A program made the position numbers and the translations under genes. From the NCBI GenBank assembly GCA_964270895.1, contig OZ185437.1: a stretch of 64,000 nt of DNA. One strand, 5' to 3'. The stretch's first letter is position 1, and every line of letters begins with the position of its first letter. The stretch comes from Podarcis filfolensis. Lineage: Eukaryota. Below the pieces are notes generated by a model. It worked only from the letters and a program-made list of their open reading frames with translations. It did not search any database and had not been told where the DNA came from. Below are positions 54,017 through 64,000 of this stretch, piece after piece.

Positions 54017-54474
54017 CAGGGATTTTCAACCAGTGTGCTGTTGCACCCTGGGGTGTCTTGAACGATGGACAGGGGTGCTGTGGGCAACGCTGGCCTCTGT
54101 CCTTCTTTCCTTACCTCCTTCCTCTGATGCCCTCTCATGTTTCTGCCTCCCAAAGACTTGCACACATGTTTATTGCGGTAGCCCTGGCTATAATCTCCCC
54201 AGGCAAACGGTGCCTCTGGGAAACTCTCTTTGGGGCACAGGGGGCAGCTCAGAGATGGGGTGGCAATGGCTGCCTGGAGGACTCCGAAGTAGAGGGGAGA
54301 GGAGAGGAGGTTGAGGGAACACTCCACAAGGGAGGCTGTTCAAAAAGGGGCAAGGGGCTGCCAGTTCTGCAGGTAAGGTGTGACATAACTGGGCTTCTGA
54401 GCCCCACAGGGGTGCCTCAGAAAGAATGTAGCTGGTCAAGGGAGCCGTGGACTCAAAAAGGTTGAAAACCTCTG
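54017..54474. mobile_element. Non-autonomous hAT (Buster/Charlie-type) element, 458 bp
   Basis: TIRs CAGGGATTTTCAACC / GGTTGAAAACCTCTG (13/15). The flanks cactaggg and cagtaagg match at 6/8, both with a central TA. It accounts for the cluster of GC-rich spurious ORFs at 54.0-54.5 kb. Confidence 0.7.
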
Positions 54475-55011
54475 CAGTAAGGAGTAGGACAGCCCTTCAA
54501 ATAAAGAATAGTCCTCTGTAATGTAAGACACATGGCCACCCTATGTGTGCTAGGGCAAAGCTCTGGAATATATGAAAGAATAATATGCCACACATCTATA
54601 ATTGGAAAGGTTTTGTGAGATGGTGACGAAGCATGTTCCCGGCTGTAGCATAAAATGATGGGTTCACTGAGATATCCACATGCATGGGAAAATCACTGGT
54701 GCAGTGCCCTACAGAGCAAAAGATTGCCTTCCCTTATTGATCCAGAAACACCTGCAGCAGCAGCAGTCTACCTTGACATGCTGCTGCAGCAGCAGCTGCT
54801 GGGATTTCTGGAGTGCAGAAGACTATCTGTAAGGCTAGATCAGCGACAGGGGCTGGATCTCTAGACATAAAAAAACGCGTTTCAGGAAAACACATTGTAA
54901 ACTTCATAATGAGAAATCACGTTGGCAAAAGACAGGACTCCACATCGCCATCTGGTGTCACAGTGCTATAGCACATATAAAACACTCTTTCTTTACTAAT
55001 GTCTCTCACGC

Positions 55012-55240
55012 TAATAATAATAACAATTTTTTTATTTATACTCCGCCCTTCCCGGTTCAGAAAACCGGGCTCAGGGTGGCTAACAACAAAATTAAAACAC
55101 TTAATTGTAAAAGCAGCATAAAATACAGTATAAAAACATGAATAACAATAAAAATCAAAAATCAATTTGGGGAAAATCCATCTAATAAGCATTAGATAGT
55201 CACTAGGGCTAGCTGGCTGAATTAGTCCTACTAGAGAGCC
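55012..55240 (-). mobile_element. L2 LINE 3' UTR, same type as 23786-24213
   Basis: The reverse complement reads gttagccaccctgagcccggttttctgaaccgggaagggcggagtataaataaa...(tta)n, paralleling 24141-24213. Confidence 0.75.
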
Positions 55241-56559
55241 CTGTAGCAGTAAGAGCATAATGAAATGGACTGTTGAGGTTCTCATACACAGCATGCATTG
55301 AGGACCTGAGGTCCATACAAATACCTAAGGTAGCACTTCCAGCTTCCTGGTATTAAATTTTCAGTAATGAGTCAGTTAAATGTGACATTTCAAAAGGATG
55401 TTTAACACACCAGTTAAAAATACTAAGTGTTTTGTAATGTTTAAAAGGTAGGAAATTAATTTTTTAACATGACAATGTGGTGATTTGTTCATTGTATTAA
55501 TCCTTCCATATTAGCTACAAGAGTGATTTGGCACTAGAGATGCATTGGTGCCTTATTAGTTTATAACCATCAAAGAAATAATTAAATTGTTGTGGTTCAC
55601 ATTTATAATGAAGTGGTTAGCAGTTAAATTTCAGTGTTGCGTGTATTCTAATAAGGCTACCTGCAGGATATTTAATTTTGAACACATTACCTTCTTTGGA
55701 TATTGGTTTAACAGATGTTCTGTTAAGATAACGGTAAAATTAAATTAGTTTTCTTCTCAAAGCATCTGGTTAACTTTGTAGGTAAATGCCTTTGAGCACA
55801 AAATCTGACCAGGATTTTTTGGACAAATAGCTATCAAAATGTTTTAAGTAAATGACTTCATTTTATTTTTCCAACTTCTATTACTCAGGGCAGATTTGAC
55901 ATGGTTGATCATATATCTAACAAATGAAAATTGAAAATAGTGCTGGGATCCAACAGCGTAGGGTTATATTGAAGGTAGTTTCATGGGCAGATACTATTAA
56001 GCATGCTTGTGGTTCCAGTTAAATTGGTTTGCAGCATATTTTTTTTAACCTCAGCATCTCTACCAGTTAGAATGGAACTGATTACAAAATTAAATTCCCC
56101 ATTACTGTAGATACAGCACATTTGGGCAAGCTTTCATGAACACTTCCATTTTTGTACTCTCAACTAATAATTCATATGGTAATGAGAAGTTAAAGGTGAT
56201 AGAATAGAGGGGAAATTGTATTTATGGTCTGTTAGAAATGGTTGGATACACAGCAGCCTGCACTGGAGGTTTTGGGCTAGTTTTTTATTATTTAAATGTA
56301 AAGATGCCCAACCTTGAAATCATAGGGTGGATAACAATAAGATAAAAAAGAGGAAACTAGCCCTTCTTGAATTTCACATTTTAAATACTATTATTAAAAC
56401 AGCCAAAAACATATTGCTGCTGAAACTTCCAATACAATTTAACCACAGTTCCCAAACTTCAGCCCAGATATCACAAAAGGTTTTGGAACAGTTCAAAAAA
56501 AGGGGGTTACACCAGTAGTAGTTTTTAAGTAGTTTATATGAGAAGGAGTTACACACTTG

Positions 56560-56690
56560 TAAAACAGCTGTTGAAAATGCTTTTCTATATGATCTAATAA
56601 AGTGCCAGACTCTGTTCGTTAGTTGTCTTCCTGTCTTCCCTTTGTATAATCTGCATGCTAATTCATTGGTCAATGGATTGCTAGTGCTTG
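56560..56690 (-). mobile_element. Possible Penelope-like GIY-YIG endonuclease remnant
   Basis: The minus frame STSNPLTNELACRLYKGKTGRQLTNRVWH resembles the PLE motif CTSSNVVY.I.C....YIG.TGR.L..RI.EH. The spacing is imperfect. Confidence 0.3.
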
Positions 56691-56891
56691 GTTAAAAAGA
56701 AAAAGAAAATCCATGAAACATCAGGCCTGACAGCCTATCTGTACTCCACATCAGTAGAGCCCCTCCTCTGAATAAGAGATCAGGTTGCTATCTGTTTGGT
56801 ATACTTGATCGATTTTACTGTCCATGTGGCATACATCTATGTAGAATTGCTTCCTAGAATTGGTGCAGAGACAATAATTTGCTCCAGACTG

Positions 56892-57194
56892 CATACCCTC
56901 CAACATTTCTCCGAAGAAAATAGGGACGTTCTATTCCATAATGATGAGGAGGAGGAGGATAATACTCTGGGTGGCTTCCAACACATATAAAACATAAAAC
57001 TATATAGGACTGCCTTCAGATGTCTTCTAAAGGTTGTATAGTTACTTATCCACTTGGCTCTGGGGTCACATAACTCCATATCCTCCAACAATTCTCCAGT
57101 GAAAATTGGACCCCTTCTGGGGTCAAATAAAAAACTGAGGTGGCTTCTGTAAATTCAGGATGTCCCTGGAAAATAGGGGCAGTTGGACAGTCTG
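56892..57194. mobile_element. Composite MITE (CATA...CAAC termini) containing an antisense L2 3' fragment
   Basis: Termini CATACCCTCCAAC / GTTGGACAGTCTG (10/13 inverted), an internal 36-nt direct repeat (56892-56927 vs 57077-57112, 28/36), an L2-like minus-strand TTFRRHLKAVL plus UTR at about 56963-57050, and agactg on both flanks. Confidence 0.55.
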
Positions 57195-59946
57195 AGACTG
57201 GTGTAGCTGAGGGTCCCAATCCTCATATTACACAGAGGCACAATGGAGCTTTGCATACATAGGATCCAAAGCCACCAATACTCCCATGTAACAAGCTCCA
57301 TTTTAATATTATCTGCTGGCAATAGCTTCCTGCTCACCTTGGTGAAGCTCAGGTGGCCACTGTGGTGGAGCTCTGACAACAAGCAGCACGGTGGAGGCCA
57401 GGATAATGTCCTAGCAACCACCCCCACCCCCACTGCCACACACATCATCCACAAAGGAGTTAGGAGTGCACTGAACATCAGCTAAGTCTAATAAAGCTAC
57501 CTAGTACACAGCATGCTTTTAAATTTATTTTTATATGCCTGAATTACCTTTTTTCTAAATAAATCTTAATTTTGTTGTGATTACTATTTGTTTTGCCAAG
57601 GTTATTCAGCAGTTCTTGACTAAATCTGATATTTAAAAGTGCAGCACTCTGTGTGTAGTAGGGGGAAAAGAAAATAGATATTTGGGAGACCATCCATTAA
57701 ATACAAAAGGCGTGCATGAACTATATCGTGTCTCCCCTAATAATTTCTGAGTTTCCAGCTCTACAATTCTATGATTCTGTGATCTTGGGAGAGATTGCCC
57801 ATCTCAATTCTTTAAGCACATCAACTTCACTCCTGGTTGTTATATCTTTTAGAGCTCCCATCAGCCTAGGTATTTAAAAAATGGTATCAGTATTTGATAA
57901 CTTGAACTTAGCTTAAAAACAAAAAAAAAGCAGAGGTGGAAGGGAGAGAGATTTTGAGAATAAGAAGCATATGCCTCATCAAGAACAAACTTCTGTGCTT
58001 TTAGGAGACACACCAGAAGGACAAGCTAATGCACCTTAAAATAGAAAAATGGAACTCTACTTTAATATTGGGAAAATAATAATAATAGAGCAGTTACTTA
58101 ATACATTAAGATGTACAATTACTTTAAATAAAAACAAGTGCTTAATACATTAAAATAATTACCTAACACATTATTAAAGAGGTGTCATTCTGATAAAGTT
58201 CATGTGCAATTAATCAGCATCACTATCTTTGTGGTATATTGTACTGGCAGATACCAGTGACTTTCACCACTCAGGGTAAAGTGTTTCATAAACATGTCAC
58301 AGCTTGCTCAGCTCAACCTGTGAATTTAAAATTGTTTATCTGCACAATATCCCAATTTATTGTAATGTGTTTTTTCATGCAAACCTACTGAAAATTTGTG
58401 ATGGGCTTAAGATGCAGTCCAACACCCATTTGCCTCATTGTTGAACTCAATAAGACTTTCATTTGAGTAGGCATGTAGAGGATTGTACTTTACATTTCAT
58501 TAAACTTCCAGCATTACCAAGAACTTTAAGATATGTTTTGCTGCCAAATGAAGGTGGGGTAGGAAATGGACAAAATCATACTCAGGTGCTCTTTTCCTCA
58601 AATATTTCTTACTATGCTATTTTATAATGGAAAGTCAGGTAAAATACACCTTATTCCATTTTGTCATATAATGTCATACATTTGTGAATTCAGTCCTAGA
58701 GAGTCCAGGTCGAGCTTAATGCATCTCCTTTCAACATCTGCAGCAACAATTTCAATGGGATTAATTTAAGGTGTATGCTATCTATTCAGGAGTCGATTGC
58801 AGTAGTATAGCATTATATTCCACTTATCAAGCTACTGCAAACACCTATTTGGAAAGAAATTGGATTCTGTGTTTTGAGGGTAGGACTTCATTGATTAAGT
58901 AACCTTATGAACTGAACAGAAGTGCACTTGATTGTTGGTTTCATACTAAGAGCGTGCTCTTCAACAAGCAACAGAATAACAAAGCCCCTTTCTCCCAAAA
59001 TAGCTGACTAATCCAGCAATTCTGAGGTGATCAGAACTTTATTAATCGGATATTTCTTAGTGGTAAATTTGGTCTCACATGCTGCTGATACCATATGGCA
59101 CAGGCTGTGGGACAGAGGTGTCTAATTAGCCCCTAGTTGTAATTCCTCCAGATGATCCATTAAAGAAGCTTTCAGACCAATTGATAAGTACAGTTTCGTT
59201 AAGTTAGAAAAGCAATAACTGAAAATCCAAAAGTGGAAGAATTTGCAAACAGCCAAGCTATCACTGGCTGTTCCTGTTTCCTGTATCATTCCTGTATCTT
59301 AGTTCCTCCCCTAAGTGTACAGACAAATGGGGACCCCCCCCTAATATTAATAACTACTTGATGCTGGTCAACATGGCATTGGTGTAAAGGAAGACATTTA
59401 TCTAGTGGGAAGAGGAATCCCCCCCTCACCTTTTGGATGGGGCTTAACAATGGAAGCTAGGTCATCAGGGCCAATGGGGCACTGCTCCCCCAACCTCAGT
59501 TTGTGCTCTGTCTGCCACCATCTGTCTGCCTTCTTACTTGCAACTATTCCAGGGGGGTGGCAATGTTTGTCAACTTCTTCCTTAGTCTCAGTGCTGCCCT
59601 GGTGCAACTCCAGAGGGAAAAGGATAGGAACAATAATAGAATTGGCTGGTACAACCTGCCATTAACTCTGGTCCCATCTGCTGTTGGTCTCTCTGCCTTT
59701 TGCCCTACCAGCCCCAGTGAGCACCAGCCACAACTGGGACTTGTTTGCTAGGACGAGCCCAAGATATTTTGTGACCTCCACCGGCCAGGGAAGAAGGAAT
59801 GAGCGAATATCTACACCAGGAACAAAGGTGGGAGGAGATCAGTGGTGCCTCCTATTTGCCAAGAGGCCACTGCAGAGGCAGCATTGAGGGTAAACAGAGT
59901 CAGCGTTGAGGGCCAGCATGGCAACAGCAGTTTGGAGGCTGGATTT

Positions 59947-60011
59947 GCTGCCCCTATTGATTCTGCCACCTGAGACAGTCACCACTTTGCCTCATGGGTG
60001 GGCCAGCACTG
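59947..60011 (-). repeat. MITE terminal fragment (CAGTGCTGGCCC... on the minus strand)
   Basis: Homologous to 29128-29176 and ends in an hAT-like CAGTG terminus. The partner terminus was not found. Confidence 0.5.
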
Positions 60012-61079
60012 ACCTTGGCAATACCATATCTTATTTCTTTTTCCTAAGAGCTCCCCGCCCCCCGATTCTGCTACTTCAACTGACAACAGAAACTGTATTG
60101 GCAACCTGGTCATAATTTTGTACCCACCACAATCTAGAGTTGCTCCATGTTATGGGAAGAAAATGATGGGAATATTTTGTGAAAATTCTGCAAAGTGGCC
60201 TTCTTTTAGTAGTTGGTGGGAAGTTAGCAAGTGGGGGGAACGCCGAAATTTCCTCAGACAAATTACTTCTTATCATTTTTTGGCTTAGCTCTACTACTTA
60301 CTACCAACAGTTTCTACCATTTGGCCTTCCACAAATCCATGCAGGGACACAGCTGAGAACTGCTGGATGCCCAGCTGATTCCCCCTCTCAAAGTAAACAT
60401 TATGGGTATGTGTGTGTGCATGCTTCGCTTTCTCAGTGTGCTAAATTCGTGCTGATCTCTTTTAACCCAAGAAGAGCACATGGAAAGTTCATTGAAAGTA
60501 GTTTAATGAAATTAAAGACAGAGAGTTGAGTGAAACTGCTGAGCATTGCTCAAAGAAGATCAAAGTTCTAATAGCAGGCAAAACCCAGCTATTGTTCTTT
60601 TAGCTACTTCCTGGGTCATTATGTGTATGTTTTTTTCATTTTTAATAAGGGGAAAGGTGATGGGCTCTGATGTAATCAGGCATTTGTTTGGAAGGGAGGC
60701 TTGGGGAAAGGCTTGCTAGGTAACTGATTACAACTACTATGTAATTAGTTTTTCTTCATTAGCACATATAACCTGTTACAGGAATAAGAACATAATGATA
60801 ATTGCACGACTCTTGGGTTTTGCTCTCTGAAATACCATAAGGAATGAAACTGGAGTAATTGGGAACTGTTACAAGAAATGTTTCCTTCTCACATATTTAA
60901 AGTAGGCTTGCTTCCCTGGCTACTGAAATATCTCTTTAATTTTGTATTGACTTTTAAGAATTAACAACACAATCCACTGAGAAAATCTCCTCTGCAAACC
61001 CTTCTGAAATTCATGGGAGTTGCACATGAGCACAATAGGATATATATACATAATATATATATATTGTGTGTGTGTGTGT

Positions 61080-61530
61080 TAAATTTGTATCCCATACCAC
61101 CCTTCATCCAAAAATCACAGGGCAGTTCACAACATAAAAGTACAAAATGAGAACACAAAATACAAAAACAAACCCATAATCCTCCTCCCATAAACACATT
61201 TAAAAGGCCATATAACATTAATCAGCCAAAGGTTTGGTTGAAGAGAAACTTTTTCACCTGGTGCCTAAAGATATGTACAGTGGTACCTTGGGTTAAGTAC
61301 TTAATTCGTTCTGGAGGTCTGTTCTTAACCTGAAACTGTTCTTAACCTGAAGCACCACTTTAGCTAATGGGGCCTTCTGCTGCTGCCGCACCGCTGGAGC
61401 ACGATATCTGCTCTCATCCTGAAGCAAAGTTCTTAACCTGAAGCACTATTTCTGGGTTAGTGGAGTCTGTAACCTGAAGCGTATGTAACCTGAAGCGTAT
61501 GTAACTTGAGGTACCACTGTAATGAAGGTT
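61080..61530 (-). mobile_element. L2 LINE 3' end interrupted by a Tc1/mariner MITE
   Basis: With the MITE and one TA removed, the minus strand reads PSLHIFRHQVKKFLFNQTFG*, an L2 ORF2 end. A UTR and an (AC)/(AT) microsatellite tail follow at about 61045-61080. Confidence 0.75.
61278..61519. mobile_element. Tc1/mariner (Tigger/pogo-like) MITE, 242 bp
   Basis: TIRs CAGTGGTACCT(T/C)... at both ends, TA TSD (61276-61277, 61520-61521), and repeated subterminal TAACCTGAAG motifs. Confidence 0.9.
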
Positions 61531-63729
61531 ACTGGATGCAGAGTAAACAGTAATATGTACACAGCTTTAACTGGTCAACAGAAAAGGAAGCCACTGCTTC
61601 ATTGGCTTGTGTTTTGAACTATGGCAATTCTTTTTTTTTAAAAAAAAGATTCCAGTTATACCGCAACAGAGCTCCCAGATTTGACTGGGGCCACACAGCA
61701 CTAAAGTGAATCCTAATCTGACTTTACTCTGCCAGATCTTTGTTTCTTTCCACTCAACGTTCCCACAAGTGCATAAATGTTCATTCACCATATACTATGC
61801 TTATTTCTACAGAAATTTATTTTAGTTCTCTTCTTCTAGATTTTTTTTTAAAAAAAGTAGGATTGGGGAAGTGTAAGGATTTGGACAATTGTGTTTTGCT
61901 TGGCATTTAAAGTAAAATGCTGCAATTGTTGAGAAGTACATCCTTCTGTACTTCCAGAGGCATAAAACAATATGGTGCTAGTTTCAGCAGACAATTTCAG
62001 TCAGCTTTAATTAGGGCTTTAGAAGTGTTTACAAGCCAGTTACATATTCATATGTCATTGACAATAATTGGGACTATAGCTAATAGTTCAAACTCTCATA
62101 CAGTTTTTGCACCTGTGTTTGGATTCTTGCTAAACTGTTATTAAAAAGCCTGATTGTGAGATTGACTTTGTTCATATTTGGATATTTAATCATAGCTGTC
62201 TCTTTCTGGAACATTTGAATATTGCTTGGCAAAGCAGGAATAAATCTTAAGAAATATTAGATGTCCAAAATATATTGAATATAATCCATTTGGAAACTGG
62301 TTTTTTCACCTAAATCATGTATTTGGAATTGGAGTGTTTAATGGCTTACTACCTCAAGATGTTAACACCAAAAGTTTGCTCCAGTATCTATACCTGTGAC
62401 ATTATCACAGTCCTGAAATATATGTGTAAATAGGATATAGCATTGGCAATTATGCTAGCACTGCTTCAGCAGCCTTGAGGGTCGGGCTATGAATCTCCTT
62501 AAAGCCTATAATTTTATCTGTGCTGGGTTGTGGATTGGGCTGCTTGTGATGAACATTATGTTTCCAGGGATACTGATATAAAAGCTTTTCTAACTTTGCC
62601 AGCAAAGTTCATGTGCTTCTGTAATATTCTGAAAGCTGTGCCCTGTGAATTTTGGGTGAGGGAAAATAAGCATCTGGCACTGTGTTCTAGTTTTATGCAC
62701 ATGAGTATCTTGTGTTTACAATATTTTCTTCAGTTTTTAATAACTTCAGGATTTCATAATATTCCAGTTTGTATGAAAAAATACTAACCATGTGAGCTTT
62801 GTAACATAAACACAAAGTAAAACACTAATGAATAATTTTACCAACAACTATTCCATGTTCATACCTCAGTCAAGGAAAACAGATTTACAATGGAATCACA
62901 CAGCCACCGCTTTGAACTAAAAATGTTTTATTCTTACAAAAGCTTTGAAAGGTGGGTTAGGCTGTAAAGGAGAAGGAGACTGAATTGGACCAAGGTAATC
63001 TAGCTTTGTGTTTGAGCAATCCCCATTCCCCTGGTACCTCAGTTCATTACTTGAGATTTTATGAGGTTGTTTTGATTATGTTTGTTTTAAAAGAGTATGC
63101 ATAGTTGTATGCTAATGTAAATCAACACAGGTCAGAAGTATTGTGCATGCAATTTTAAAGTCACCATCTCTCATACAATTCCATCCTCAAAAGCTGAACA
63201 TGAGTTGCTAACATTTCAGCACCCTTTTTGGCCACCGTTTTTATCTGTTGGAAAAATTTGGCATGGAGGAAAGGGTTATTTTCCGGCATGATTATAAATC
63301 ATCCCATGGATGGGATAAGCCAACAAGTGCATGGTCAGCCAAGCCAGTTGCTATGGTAATGGCCCAGTGCATGTCAGCTCAGTGTCCAGGGTCTTGTGTT
63401 GCTGTGTCAGTCAGAGTAATGAGTAGGAGTCTGTTACATCCTGAATTGCTGGAGCAATAGAAATACTTCCTATTTGTATATATCTGCATCTGTATCTGCA
63501 AAGCCTGCAAGTTGTATGTATATATCAATGTCCAGAATTGTATTACTGAAGCCTTATCCTCTGTAGCAGTAAACTACTTTGGTCCTTAAGCAGCTTGTGC
63601 GGTGACTGGAACTGAGGGCAACTTCCACTGCGTGAGTATCTCACCTCAGATTCTCAAAAATATCATCTTAGGGAGACTCGTGACATACTCAGAAAATTAA
63701 TTATCTGTAAATGAGAACAGATACCTCCC

Positions 63730-63817
63730 ATCCTTCTCCAACTCCCTTCATCCTTGAACCATTGGACCATGCTGACTGGCCCAAAACATCTAGATGGCAC
63801 CTGGTTAAGAAAGTCTG
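63730..63817. mobile_element. Decayed partial copy of the 4470/21069 hAT MITE family
   Basis: caactcccttcatccttgaaccattggaccatgctgactgg...aaacatctagatggcacctggttaagaaagtctg, followed by ccttacac (central TA). Confidence 0.5.
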
Positions 63818-64000
63818 CCTTACACACTGACTTCTGTGAAGGGAGCTGTCCAGGTGCTGGTTTAATTTTCTTCCTCTCCTGTATGGCTTTAGCTATGTTT
63901 ATGGTTTTCTATTCAGTTGTGCAGGCAGTGCAACATAGTCAACAGAATGCCTTTTCTGACATAATCTATGCTCTTTGTATTGGACAGCAAACCAGGTTTT

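Noticed and set aside
54360-54378. CAG|GTAAGG as a recursive splice site
   Set aside because: It has no real polypyrimidine tract and lies inside an hAT element.
53878-54465. Cluster of overlapping 83-149 aa ORFs
   Set aside because: They lie in or next to a GC-rich non-autonomous hAT element, show no recognisable domain and overlap on both strands, as chance ORFs in GC-rich DNA do.
59398-60529. Cluster of ORFs in a GC-rich block
   Set aside because: No recognisable motifs or splice-consistent structure. The block is probably TE-derived (a MITE terminus at 60011), but I could not define the other end.

Overview
This is vertebrate genomic DNA, not prokaryotic. It most likely comes from a squamate, probably a lacertid lizard, judging by the Sauria SINE/Squam1, Squam3 and BovB sequences I recognise from memory. 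The whole window lies inside one large + strand gene, NKAIN2 (Na+/K+-ATPase-interacting protein 2). Two coding exons are present: exon 2 (22725-22862, 138 nt) and exon 3 (48713-48793, 81 nt). Both are phase 0 with canonical AG/GT ends and are separated by a 25,850-nt intron. The rest is intronic and carries many transposon relics: L2, L1, CR1 and BovB LINE 3' ends, SINEs, hAT and Tc1/mariner MITEs with identifiable target-site duplications, palindromic MITEs and microsatellites. Nearly all ORFs in the supplied track are chance ORFs or decayed LINE fragments. I found no rRNA, tRNA, CRISPR array or new multi-gene system. The best leads are: (i) exon 2 begins with a 5'-splice-site motif (AG|GTATGT), a recursive-splicing signature; (ii) serial BovB then Sauria SINE insertion at one target site; (iii) a structurally conserved but sequence-variable stem-loop at L2 3' ends; (iv) a composite MITE carrying an L2 3' end; (v) a mariner-type MITE whose removal restores an L2 reading frame. 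All family assignments come from motif recognition without a database search.
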